The notes under the pieces were generated by a model. That model ran no database searches. It saw only the letters and a list, made by a program, of their open reading frames with translations, and was not told where the DNA came from. From contig CM060733.1 in assembly GCA_030704615.1 (NCBI GenBank), positions 57,412,001 through 57,476,000 of the forward strand: 64,000 nucleotides of DNA. The letters run 5' to 3'. The DNA is from Takakia lepidozioides (lineage: Eukaryota > Plantae > Bryophyta). Every line of letters begins with the position of its first letter. The first letter of the stretch is position 1. A program made the position numbers and the translations under genes. Shown piece by piece: positions 38,223 to 50,558 of this stretch.

Positions 38223-39810
38223 TGTCAAGGACGAGAACATGACTGAAATACAAACAAGATATCAGACTAGAGGTACAAGACTAGACAAGAAGTCAAGATC
38301 AGCGTGACCGAATGCATGATGGATAAACATGAATCAATGTGATATTTATAACAATGGACAAGAGTACAAGATACTGGAACTCGACTTGAATACTGAAATG
38401 TTGGAAACTGGACTGGAGTACAGATACTGGAAACTGCACTAGAGTACTAGAAGCTGGACTTGAGTATTATGACTAGAAACAAGAGTAGCTTGAACTTGTG
38501 TTGGCGAGACTGAAGAATGTCCAGTCTCGCCTCCTATATATATTGGCTATTAAAAAATTTCCTAAGAAACTTCCCTAATGGAGGTTTCTTGATGGGGAAG
38601 TTTATTCCAAATGAAGCTTCCTGAGCAGTTTCCCAAGTTGCTCTCGGTAATTTGGTAAACTCCCGATAACTTGGTAACTAATGGCAATTAATGGTAACTA
38701 ATGATAAATCATGGTAGATCATAGTAAATTATGGTAACTTGGCGGTAACATGATAATTTGGTAACTTCTAGTATTTACTTCTGGTATTTACTTCTGGTAA
38801 ATTCTTCAAAACTATGTCCGTGACATCACCCCCTCCTCTAACGTCGAGTTCCTCGAGGAGCGGTAAAATCTTGGACTTGCTTAGAGTTGGAGAAAATCCA
38901 AAATCCGGCGAATGGTACTTTCCAAGTATTCGGCTCTTCATTCTTGACTCAAATGATTTCTACGTCCCTGCAACCATTGATAGTGTCCAACACCTTGAAC
39001 TTGGGACTACGCAGTGATTTGAGCATTCTGATTTTCGAAGCTGCCTTCAACGTCTCGAGAGCATCGGCATGATGTTGAAGGTCGTGAAAGTCGGAACAGT
39101 TGATCTGGTAGTTGGGCAAGCGACAGCTCCAATGTATCTGGTTCATGTGACTCCATGCTGCCAATACAAGATACAAGAGTGCTGGAAATGTAGCTATATA
39201 TATTGATGTGTGGTGATCTTTCCTCCTTAGCGTGTATCAAATACACTGAATATGGAGTCTTCACCTTGAAGCTAACTTGGCTAACATCATCATTGTAACG
39301 TCTTATTGACGTGTAGCTCGGGGCCTAGCTGGATATCGTTGATGAAACTCTTGGACTTTGTCAAATGCATTGGCGAGGTTGGATGAAGGTTCCCACCTTC
39401 GTTCGCTGATATCGTAGCTTTTTCAATGTACAAAATATTCAAGACGTTTATATTTTATGCGAGAGTCTAGGACTTCGTTGATTTCATACTCGATTTCCTG
39501 ATTGACTTCGATTAGTGGGGGTGGTACGAAGACTCTCCTTGGAATATTCGATGGATGATACAACTCCAATAATAAAACATGAAAGACTGGATGGATGCGC
39601 ATACTTCGTGGGAGTTCAAGCCGAAAACTGACCAGATTTATTTGTCGAATAATTTTGAATGGTCTTAGGTGTTGATAATCCAACTTCTTTGATGGTTGCG
39701 AGGTTTGTATGTCCCGTCGAAGAAGCCACACACGATCTCCGATCTTAAACTGGGGTTGGAGTTGGCGATGTTGATCTGCATACTCCTTGTATTGTTTTTG
39801 AGCTTCTGCT
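38223..39810 (-). mobile_element. Same-family chromovirus 3' half in opposite orientation: integrase C-terminus, chromodomain, PPT and 3' LTR
   Basis: Inverted LTR copy at 38223-38825; PPT AGAGGAGGGGGTGA adjacent on minus; FKIGDRVWL...KKLDYQHLRPFKI...IHPVFHV..L (GPY/F region) and chromodomain EYEINEVLDSR...LEYFVH*K.YD...WEP. Confidence 0.9.
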
Positions 39811-40228
39811 AGGTGGAATGTAAGCTCCTTGCACTACAACAGGTCGCAGTATATCTGACTGCCGAGCCGCGGTAGTCATGGTTTTCTTGACTTTGACCAT
39901 GACTTCCCTGTATTTTTGGACCAAATGGGGCTTCACGTAATCGTTGAAATGACTTCGTGACTACGTAGTTGCTCAAAGGACTACGTTGGTAGACGTCGTC
40001 ATGACTGCATGGTTCCGCAGGAGACGGAAGGGTGGTCAACGATGATTGACTAGCGTCAGCTTGCCACCAACAGTCGTCGGAATGACTTCTAGTGCAAGCT
40101 TGGTAGCCAAAAGGTTAAAAAATTCAAAAAGTTGTTTGTAGGGTTGCCCATTAGAGGGCTAGGACTTAGCCTCATTTTGGTTTTTTTTTTTTTTTTCTCC
40201 TGCGCGTTTTCTTAGTATAGAGCCGATA

Positions 40229-40340
40229 GCATGGAACGCGATGATCGCAGGATATGTAAGGGTGTGGGATGGAGGCTTTGCAGAGCTATTCTTGAGCAGG
40301 AAGGGCGAGGATATGCACAACGTGGGCATGGTATAGACAC
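40229..40340 (+). pseudogene. Small PPR motif fragments in plus orientation
   Basis: AWNAMIAGYV and GYAQRGHGID are readable on the plus strand, opposite to the neighbouring PPR cluster. Confidence 0.55.
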
Positions 40341-40889
40341 TACAATACAAGTTGGGCTTTTCGACTCTGTATTTGACTCATTTTTTAGTCGTATAAATAT
40401 AAATATACATACATATATATGAATTGGGAGGCTTTTTATTTAATATTTGGTTTTTATTTTTATTACTGTTATTTCGTTTCATTTACTTTTAGTTTATATC
40501 TGTACGTATGTGAATTAGTGGGTATTGTATTTAAATTTTTTGATTCGCTGCACTGCATTGAAAATATATTACAAATACAACAAAACATAGAATACAAATA
40601 CAGGTCGGAACCAAAAACATTTGGATGGCTCAAAACTGGTTTATATCAAGAGTGTTTTGCAAAACAAGTTTTGGCCACATTCTACAAATGACCAACATGA
40701 GGGCCATGTTGCCATATCCATAGATCACTGCCCAACTAAAGTCATTGAGTAAGGATAATCTGCTGTGCAGCTAGGTCCAGCACTATCGTGGACATGTCAA
40801 GAGAACATTAGAAATCATTTTGAGAATGAATTCAGGTAGTTCCAGAGAATGGTGGTGCCAGCTACCTTGTCACCCACATCCACTTCCAG

Positions 40890-42410
40890 GGCTGCCCTTG
40901 ACATACATATCCACCAAGGCAGTGTTTAGAGTGACAACTCCAGCTTTGACGATGTCATCGTGGACCTTTGTGCCCTTTTGAGGGCTGCCAGGCTCACATT
41001 TGACGTAGATGTACACCAGGGGAATGTTCAGAATGACATCTGGTACAATTCCAGCTTGGATAATGTCACTATAAACCTCTTTGCCCCTTCCCAGGGCTGC
41101 TAGGCTCGCATATGCATATTACAAAAACAAATGAACATGACGGCCTGGTCTGGCTTCATCCCTTCCCACATCATTTGCTCTTATGTTTCCAAAGCCTTAA
41201 TCCCATATCCATGCTGCACATACCTTGCAATCATGGCACTCCAAAATACCACATCTCGTTCAGCCATATTGTCAAACTCTCCCTTCACATCAGGCTTATT
41301 GCACCCACATTTGGCATACATGTCCACCAAGGCAGAGTTCAGAATGACAATTTCCACTTTAACGATCGGCATAAGCAAGGGGAAGGAGACAGCAGAGCTG
41401 CTGCTCTCTCCCAGTGCCAAAAAAACCAAAAGAAAAAAAAATGGAGGGGCTGAGAGAGCCGCCATGGCTGTGAAGTACCAATATGCTGCAACGTGACGTG
41501 GTTGGGCTTCACCCCTTCCCCCATCAATATTTGATCATAGGTCTCCAAAGCCTCCATACCATGTCCCTGCTGTGCATACCCTGCAAGCATCACATTCCCC
41601 CACGTTCCATGACACCACATCTCGTTCAGCCAGTGTTGAAAACTCCCTTCACATCCTTAATGCACCCACATTTGGCATACATGTCCACCAGGGCAGTGTT
41701 CAGAATGACATCTCGTACAAATCCAGCTTTGACGATGTCACCATGGACCTCTTTCCCCTTTTCCAGAGCTCCCAGCCTTGCACACGCATGGAAAACACAA
41801 ACAAATGTGATGTGGTTGGGTTTCACCCTTCGCGCAGCAGTTGCTCATAGGTTTCCAAAGCACTCCTACCACACCCATCCTTGGTAAATCCTGCCAACAT
41901 TATATTCCACGTGATCAAGATCGTTGAGGCACTCTGTGGAAAACCTGGTGAGCATCCATGATGCTCCCACACTTAACATACATGTTGACAAGGGTGTTGA
42001 GTAGAAAAACATTTGGCGTTAATCCACTTTGGATAATGTGAGTGTGCACCTGTTTCCAGCTTCTAGACCTTTCATCTTGATGCACTTAAGCAAGATATAG
42101 ACAGACGTATCTGAATCTGCTGAAATGCCTTGTTGGTTTAAAGTTGTAGAGCCTCTGTCAATCTGCCTGCCTCACAAAGCATCTTCACATGCCCAGCAGA
42201 AGAGGCATTGTGGACTCCCTCTCTTGATCCTCTTTCAGAAGCTGTGGTCATGGTTGAGGTGCCTCATTTTATCAACTGTGCCGCTGCAACTGCTACCTTT
42301 ACTTCACCATCTACCCATGCAGCAGGTTTCTTGTAGCTATTGATCCACTTGGAATCATAGGTAATCTGGAGCTTGAAATCCAGCCCTCTTGGATGAATCT
42401 CGACCCACAC
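40890..42410 (-). pseudogene. PLS-class pentatricopeptide repeat pseudogene, copy 1
   Basis: Repeated PNHITFVCVFHACARLGALEKGKEVHGDIVKAGFVRDVILNTALVDMYAKCG, DVVFWSAMIARYVQHGYGIKALET and MLAGYAQQGHGMEALETY motifs, broken by frameshifts, stops and an unrelated insert (~41365-41485). Confidence 0.85.
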
Positions 42411-43154
42411 TCTATCCCTGCCCCTTCAGCTATCCATACATCTGCACAAATCATGCATACATCCTTGCCTTGCTGCTAGCAGCTGACAATGACAGCCTAG
42501 AATTGTTCCAGCAAACACCCCAACCCTACTTATCACACTAGTTCAAAGTCACTCCAAACCACCACAGATCCGCCCAATGAGCTAACTTACAGAATTCAAT
42601 ATGCATCTCAGGGCCAAGTCTGATGAGGGGGCAAAACAGGCTGCAACAGGTCCAAGAAGAAGGTGCCCTCACCACATTGTCATTGACCCATGGAGGATTT
42701 GACCGAGCATCAACCCAAAATGACCTCTTGTGTGTGATGTTTGTGTCTGTAGTCAGGTAATGTTGGATTGGTCTGTGAGAACCACCACGCTGAGCAGGCA
42801 GAGATTGAAACACGGCCTACTAAGACCAAGCTGACTCTCCCAACTTGTAAACATCAGGAAGAACACCAAATCATGGTACTAACAGGAGCCAAGAGCCCAC
42901 CTTTGCAGGATGGATAAACTTCTTCACATCGTACATTAAGAAAAGCCACACCTTGTGATTGCAGTTGTCCCACCATCGTGAAGGATCTTTATAAAACTCA
43001 TGCCAGCTCACATCATAAACGAGCTAACTTGCAGAATTCTACATGAAATTTAGGGACGACTCTGATAGCATGGCAAAACAAGGTGAAATGTATTGAAGAA
43101 GGTACCTTCATTAGCAGCAAATTGTTCTATCAATTGGGCTGCTGCCGCTTCTGT

Positions 43155-43870
43155 TTCCAGGATGACATCTGATACAATTCCAGCTTTGACAATGTCACTA
43201 TGGATCTCTTCCCTCTTTTCCAGAGCTCCCAGGCTTGCACACGCATTGCAAACACAAACAAACGCGATGTGGTTGGGCTTCACCCCTTCACGCAACATTC
43301 GCTCATAGGTCTCCTAAGCATTCCTACCACACCTACGCTTGGTAAATCCTGCCAACATAATATTCCACGTGATCAAAGATCATTGAGGCATTCTGTTGAA
43401 CACTTGGTGAGCATCCATGATGCTCCCGCACTTAACACATGTTGACAAGGGTGTTGAGTAGAAAAACATTTGGTGTGAATCCACTTTGGATAATGTGAGT
43501 GTGCACCTGCTTTCCAGCTTCCAGACCATCCATCTTGATGCACTTAAGCAACAGACAGACATATCTGAATCTGCTGAAATGCCTCCTTGGTTTAGAGTCT
43601 GTAGAGCCTCTGTCAGTCTGTGTGCCGCACAAAGTATCTTCACATGCCCAGATGTGCCAGAAGAGGCATTGTGGACTCCCTCTCTTGATCCTCTAATTTC
43701 AACAGTTGTGGTCATGGTTGAGGTGCCTGATTTTATCAACTGTGCCACTGCAGCTGCTGCCTTTAGTTGACCATCTACACATGCAGGTTTCTTGTAGCTA
43801 CTGATCCACCTGAAATCAAGGTAATCTGGAGCTTGAAGTCCAGCCCTCTTGGATGAATCTGGACCCACAC
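43155..43870 (-). pseudogene. PLS-class PPR pseudogene, copy 2 (tandem duplicate of the N-terminal part)
   Basis: ~43160-43995 duplicates ~41700-42545. GKQVHTHIIQSGFTPNVFLLNTLVNM, KCGSIMDAHQVFNRM and MLREGVKPNHIAFVCVCNACASLGALEK lie in different frames. A third partial copy is at ~44290-44490. Confidence 0.85.
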
Positions 43871-44959
43871 TCTATCCCGCTTCTTCAGCTATCCATGCCT
43901 CTGCACAAATGATGCATACATCCTTGCCTTGCAGCTGATAATGACAGCCTAGGTTTGTTCTAGAAAATACCCAACTCAGTTTATTACACTAGTTCCTATA
44001 CTGAATAGCGTCTGCTACTCTCCTGTAATCTAACAAGCATTCACCTTTTCGCCTGGTGTCCCACCATTGACTGGGGTCAGAAAAGTATTCATTCCACAGC
44101 TTCTCCTCATCTCTATTACGTATTTTTGGATACTTTCCTGTTGTCACAGTGGCGGTATCATGTCAAAGTCACTCCAAACTACATTCACTCAACCAGCTAA
44201 CTTGCAGAATTCAACATGGAAATTCAGGGCTGATTCTGATAAGAGGGAAAAACAGGGTGAATGTGAAGAAGGTGCCTTGATTACCAGTGCCTGATTTTAT
44301 CAGTTGTGCCATTGCTGCTGCGGCATGACAGTTGACCATCTACCCATGCAGGTTTCTTGTAGCTATTGATCTACAGGAAATGATAAGTAATCTTGTGCTT
44401 GAAATCTGGCCCTTTTGGATAAATCTAGACCTACTCTCTATCCCTGCTCCTTCAGCTATCTCTGCCTCTGCACAAATCATGCACACATCAGGGAGCTAAT
44501 GACAGGGGAGGAGGGCATGGCAATTCGAACCAGGGTAGGGAAACTCAAATATTGTGCTCATAAGGATATGGCCAAGAGTGGATCCTCAACTAAAAACTTG
44601 CTGGCCTTTGTGGAGGATCTCAAGTCTCAGATTGTGCAGACCAAGACTTTGGAGGAAGAATGATTGATTGTTGACACTGTCTCTCGCATGCCCTAAGATC
44701 TGAAAATCACGTTGAAAAAGTAAACCACGTGACTCTGTTCAACCCATCTGCTGAAGGCCTTAAGAGACATTTAGGGCCGGTTCTGATAAGAGGAAAAAAC
44801 AGGGAGAAATGTGCTTGCACTTGACTCAAGCCAGTGTCCAACTGAGGTCTCCCTATAAGAGGACCCTTACCCTATCATTATTGCCATACTTTTCAATTTG
44901 CCACTCCTTAACTTATACCTCTCATGTTCTCCTCCTTTTCTTGGACCTCTAAGCGAGTC

Positions 44960-45705
44960 TATGTCTAGCGAGTGGAGTCTTCCATGTTTGTTTGTCCATT
45001 TCTAACTTAAACCAAAACCTCTACCTTAGTAAACCCTTATCCTAGTAAAACCCTGTAACCTAAACCCTTTACCCTAAAAGACCCTTAAGCATTTATCCCT
45101 AAACCCTTACCATTCCTTTTGCAAATTGGATTGTACTATCCATACCATAACCAATAATGGTTATGGACCTTATGGTAATCCAAATCTCTTCTCCTTTCCT
45201 TTTTGCGCTATTTTTCTCGTTTGTTTTGGATTCACATGCACTTACTTTTATATACTAGTGTGCTTTCTATGTATCTTAAGACTAGGTTCCAACGACGAGT
45301 CGTTAATTTAAATACTTATCCGTCTCAATGACTCTTCCATAATATTTGTTTCTTCATTTTTATTTTTATTTTTTTACCATAATTATACACACCAAGTTCT
45401 AGTGAGTGCGGGTATTCCATATTTGTTTGTCCATTTATACCTTTACCATCACCCCTAAACCCTTACCCTTCGCTTTACCCTTCCCTTAACCCTAAACCAT
45501 TACTCTTACCATATACCCAAAATCTTTGTGTACTACCATAAATCCAAACTCTAAACCCTTACCCTGGCCTTAATCCTTACCCTAAGCTTAAGCCTGACAC
45601 TTACTACCCTAAACCATTACTCTTACCATATACCAAAAACCAGGTTAGTGTGCTACCTAAACCCTTACCCTTCCCTTTACCCTGGCCTTAATCCTTACCC
45701 TAAGC
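44960..45705 (+). repeat. Degenerate CCCTAAA/CCCTTA-rich tract with internal duplication
   Basis: Scattered CCCTAAAC and CCCTTACC units at 45030-45115 and 45450-45705. TCTAG.GAGTG...TTCCAT.TTTGTTTGTCCATTT is repeated at ~44964 and ~45398. Confidence 0.65.
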
Positions 45706-45706
45706 T

Positions 45707-47460
45707 CTAGGGTAGCCTGTGCCGTTGGCCCAAGTGTCCATTGTCATCTAAGTCCAAGTGCAATCCCTATGTATCAAAGTGCGTCTCCTATGTGAGGCCC
45801 AAATGCAACCTCTAGGGTAGCCTTTGCCGTTGGCCCAAGTGTCCAATGTCATCTAAGTATTTTTTTTTCCACAGAGCCTACGACCAGATTTGAACCGGAG
45901 ACCTCTAGGTAGCCTATGCCTGTGCTGTTGGCCCAAGTGTCATCTAAGCCTAAATGTAAGATCTTCTATGCATCCCACTGCGTCTTCTATGTCGTGGCCC
46001 AAGTGCGACCTCTAGCGTAGCTTATCCCGTTTGGCCCATCTGTGAAGAGTTGAATCTAAGACCAAGTGTAATTTCCTAAGTATCCAAATGCATCTCCTAT
46101 GTCGAGGCCCATCTACTCCCAAGTGCAATCTTCTATTCATGTATCCAAGTGCATCTCCCATGTAGAGCCCCAATTGTCCACTGTCATCTAAGCCCAAGTC
46201 CAATCTCCCATGTATCTAGTGCAATTTCCTATGTATCCAAGTGCGTCTCCTATGTTGAGGCCCAAGTAAGTTTTTTTCCACAGAGCCTACGACCAGATTT
46301 GAACCGTAGACCTTTCCCTTGATATCTCTCCCATCGAGGCTCCAACCATTGTCCGAGGAATGCCCACTTTGCCATTTTTGCTATTTTTTGTGAATTTCCA
46401 GCGACCAAAAGGACTTGGAATTCGACATCTCCCACACCGTAGGTCCAAAAATCGTGAGACCAAGCCCGTGCACCCCCTCCTCATCGAGGGCTTTCCAACG
46501 GTACCAAGCACCAGGGTTGGGGCCTTGCGGTTCGGGACATCTCAACGTGACCAAAAAAAAAAAAACAAACAAAACAAACGTCTTGATTCATATATTGACT
46601 AGGTAGTCTCTGCCGTTGGCCCAAGTGGCCCAAGTGTCCAAGGTCATCTAAACCCAAGTGCAATCTCCTTTGCATTCAAGTGAGTCTCCTATGTCTAGGC
46701 CCAAGTGTGGCCTCCAGTGTAGCATGTGCCGTTCCCCCAAGTGTCCAAGTCCAATCAATTCAAGTGCGTCTCCTACGTTGTGATGGCCCGTTCTCTCCCT
46801 GCTCCCAATTCTCCCTGACAGATGATTAATTAGTACCGCCGGATGTAATGTAGAGAGTTGTTCCAGGGGCTGCTCTGACATACTACTTTAGCCATACCGT
46901 TGTAAGTACGCCTTTAATTCTAGAAACCATTGATATATGCAATGACCCTGATAAGCCTACTTGGCAGTTGTCCACTCACGCCTTGCCGCGTGGTAGTGAC
47001 TCACATGTGATGTGGCAGCTGAATAAAGGGGTTCCTGAAAATGGAATGGGGAGGTATTTTGGTGTATAAACTTGGTGTACGAGAGAGAGAGGGGTGTGTG
47101 CATGAGACGAATGTGTATGTGAGAGCAGGTTCTGGCGTGGTAGCTCTGTACGTTCTGTGGCATCTGACTGACTCCTCATCATGAGATTCCCGCCTCATCG
47201 CGTGACCTGCTCTGCCGTGCTACTTCCCCGGTTACATGTGCATGCAGGAAGAGGAAGGAGAATCCCAACCATAAGCACGTTTTGAGCCATCACAATGTCT
47301 AGGCCCAAGTGTGGCCTCCAGGGTAGCATGTGCCGTTTGCCCCAAGTGCCCAAGTCTAATCATTTTTTTTCCATAGAGCCTACGACCAGATTTGAACCGG
47401 AGACCTTTCCCTTGATATCTCTCCCCTCCAGGCTCCAACCATTGCCCCAGGAATGCCCAT
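45707..47460 (-). mobile_element. Head-to-tail array of non-autonomous Helitron-like elements
   Basis: Minus-strand 3'-end-like motifs (GCCAACGGCACAGGC..CCCTAG) at ~45707, 45812, 45905, 46012, 46599, 46714 and 47318. 5'-end-like TCAATATATG...(GTTT)n starts at 46598 and directly abuts CTAG at 46599-46602. Confidence 0.65.
46779..47294. mobile_element. Solo LTR (516 bp) inserted in the Helitron-like array
   Basis: Termini TGTGATGGC...GCCATCACA (perfect 9-bp inverted repeat). Flanks ACGT / ATGT duplicate 4 bp of the host unit TCCTATGTCTAGGCCCAAG, which is seen uninterrupted at ~46687. Confidence 0.75.
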
Positions 47461-48067
47461 GCAGATTATATTCCTGGATGACTTAAGTGATTGAGACAAT
47501 CACAGTGGAAGAGAAAGTTTGAGGAATGAAAAGCAAATTGCTTAGGTACTTCTGTGCCCATTGTACCAAATAAAGTGTACATAGAGTCTTTCTCCGCTAC
47601 TTAAATACGCAAATTGGTTTCTAAACCTGTGACTCTGTGCTTTGAGATGGTTTGCAGTTTGTGAAGCTTCTAGATGGAAAACTAGGATCTGCTCACGTTT
47701 GATATTAACAGAAGAACAAGCCTTGATTTTGCTCTGGACAGCATAGCCTACTGCCTCATTTGAGACATCTATGGTAGCTGGTAATTGTGTGCCAGAGTTA
47801 CAACACACGGCAAAAAGAACAGCTGCCCAAAGTACACCTGTGGGCCTTTACATTCACTGAGCTGTAGTGGAGGTTGATTAGGCCCTACACATGTTATGTT
47901 ATCTCTTTCTCTTTCTCTCACCTACATATGCAGGAGAAACTGATCAGAGCAGGAAAGGCGATGGTCTAAATACTCTAAATATCAGCAATACTTGGACCGA
48001 TTGCCGTTGATACCAAGTTTCTTGGGCTCTTATTTACGCTAACTTCGGCATCTCTCTCATCTACTTA

Positions 48068-50071
48068 TTAGAACTCTATCTCTTGGCGCTCATACCAAAA
48101 CTTCCCTGAAGGCCCTCCAGGAGGCTGGAGAGCTACCCACACACCAGTATCAGCACCTTCATCAACGGGAATGGGTGTGCGGGGTAAAGGCACCCCCTTA
48201 GCCATCGCCTGTACCACCATATCTGTTTCAGTAAGCCCGGGAGTATAACTGTTGACAACGATGCTCTCGTCTTGCGATCGACCAGAGAGGGCGCGGTGCA
48301 GTATGCTGACGTACGCATTCACCGCAACCTTCGAAACACAATACGCTGATGCCTGCATATATGTGGGCCAACCCTTTTCCTTTAACGACCCAGTACTCAA
48401 ATCTTGGAGAAACTCATCAATGAACTTGTTGACGGTGGCTTCTTCGATGTGTTCACGATCAGCCAACTCTTCACGAAACTTGTTTTCCAAGAACTGAAGC
48501 AGTCAAAGAAACAATGTTCCACGAAACTCAGCAGCTACTACTGCAAGACAGGATGAAGAGACAAAACTACAGCATGCTCCAGGCAAATTGGATAGACGTA
48601 TCAGGACTTATATGTACACACAACTCTCAGATAGCTCCAGTATCAATTGGCAGACCTGAAGAAAAAGGTTTACTAGTTAGTCTTCTCCAGAAGAATACCC
48701 ATATGACGGAGAAAAGAGACTAATTTCACAATATCTGAGAGGGAGACCTGCAATTGGCCAAGTCTCGAGGAAACCACCAAAATGCGAGCACCAGCCTGAG
48801 TGTGTCGTAAAAGAGGGAGCAAGGCTTCTGTTACACGCTTGACACCATCATAGTTGGTGCTTATAACATCTTTTGCATCCGCTACACTCACAGGGTCGAC
48901 CCCGGCGATCGCAGCATTATTTACCTGCCCACGAAAAAATGCACCAGTTTGTCAACTTCCAACAAAAGACCCCCTAACTTCCTGAGGCTCGCGTCTGTCT
49001 GTATAAGGATCGATCTTCTTGTCTACCTGGATCTTTGACAGTACGAGGGACAGGATCCGAGAATTAAACGCCCTCAAAATTGGGGAATTCTCCCGGAACT
49101 AACCAGGATATCGATACCACCGTAGGTGTGGCGAAGCCAATGTGCCAGTGTACCTGCAGAATCCTCGCTGGTGACGTCAAGAAGATGGAAAGCCACCTGC
49201 TGTAACCCTTCTCTTTTCAAAGCTTCAAGGGCCTCACGCCCACGACGTTCATCGCGCGCAGTCAGAACCACAGTGATCCCCTGTTTTGCCAATTGGCGTG
49301 CAATCTCCAAGCCTATGCCCTTGTTGGCCCCCGTCACCACTGCCACTGTGTCCTTCGACCACCATCTCGTTCTGCATGCATACGAAGAAGCCAGATGCTA
49401 CATCACGTACATTTGAGAATCAGGTAACTGGGCCAGAGCTACATTTCAAATACACCGAACATCGACCACATATATGAACTTCAATTCAACATGGGGAAGC
49501 AGTGTAGCGTCGGAAGGAGTATCATACATGTTGAACAACAGAGCTGACATCTGGTCGTTCTCAATTCATATTCCTCCGAACAGAATTGATGGACCTCGGC
49601 GCAAAATCTTATTCCCAACACAACTACCGCACTGTATCCGAACTATCATTGAGCTCAAAAAAGTGCGCCAAGTAAGCTCAGTGCACAAATTAAGGTACTG
49701 TTCGATGAATCAAATGATTGATAATGCGTAATCCCTATGACTCAGTATGGTTGCCATTCTGCCAAATCAATAACAATCTATGACAAAATTCCCACTGGAA
49801 GCTACTGTAGTTGTACATACAATTAAGATGACCCCACCTGCACTCCTCAGACTCATTTCACTCAAACATCACATGAGCACCACAGTCTCGACTGACTTCT
49901 CTAAACATCCCCAAGCTAATCTCTAAATCGAATCCATGAAAAACCATAATCTCAACACGCTACAGACAGACAAAACATGGAGTTAAATGCAATCAAAAGT
50001 CGCCTACTCAAGGCGACGCTGTGACGAGCGGGATGAGAGTCGCAGACAACTTACTGGGTAACTGAATCCAT
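48068..50071 (-). CDS. Short-chain dehydrogenase/reductase, carbonyl reductase / (+)-neomenthol dehydrogenase-like (~295 aa, 4 exons)
   Basis: Exons 50071-50055, 49371-49104, 48924-48748, 48493-48068. RWWSKDTVAVVTGANKGIG (TGxxxGxG), LDVT, DILVNNAA, VVSSRLG, YCVSK (YxxxK), PGLTETDM, EGADTGVWVAL..PGGPSGKFW. An alternative in-frame upstream ATG exists at 50164. Confidence 0.93.
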
Positions 50072-50397
50072 AGCTTCCGCCCCCGTGATCAGTATTTCCA
50101 AATTGCTGTTTGCTTTGCTTGCCCCTTGTGTGGCTGCACTCCGCACTCCCCCTTCTGTCTCCATATGTACCAAGACCGTGATGTCGGTGTGGAGTGGGTC
50201 CTACCTTCCTGTTACGCAACTTGCCGTGCACTCCAGTGCAGAGAAGTTGCCAGGGTTGCTTCCGGAGTCCGGACCGAGTCCAACACTGCTGCTTCCGGGA
50301 CATTGTAAATTCTGGCAGAGCTATTCCTTCTCCAACCCATGATTTAAGGCCTTCAACCAGACAAGGGCCGACAAATTGTTTGCAATAACCACACTAA

Positions 50398-50558
50398 CCA
50401 ACAGTCAGTAGCTCAGTTGGATAGTACACTCAGTGCCACCCGGATGATTTTGGGGTGAAATCCTGCTACCTTGACGGGTGTGGTATGTTCTTCTCCCCCC
50501 TTCCCTGGGCGGTGTCCCATGCGAAAGCCTTCACGACGAGGTTATTGTGAAAGAGGTT
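50398..50558 (+). mobile_element. tRNA-derived SINE, 3'-truncated copy
   Basis: Colinear with 26791-26961: GTCAGTAGCTCAGTTGGATAGT...GTGCCACCC...AAATCCTGCTAC...GGGCGGTGTCCCATGCG...GTGAAAGAGGTT. Confidence 0.8.

Noticed and set aside
46901-47236. TGTAA...TTACA as a separate solo LTR
   Set aside because: No TSD; it lies inside the better-supported 46779-47294 solo LTR.
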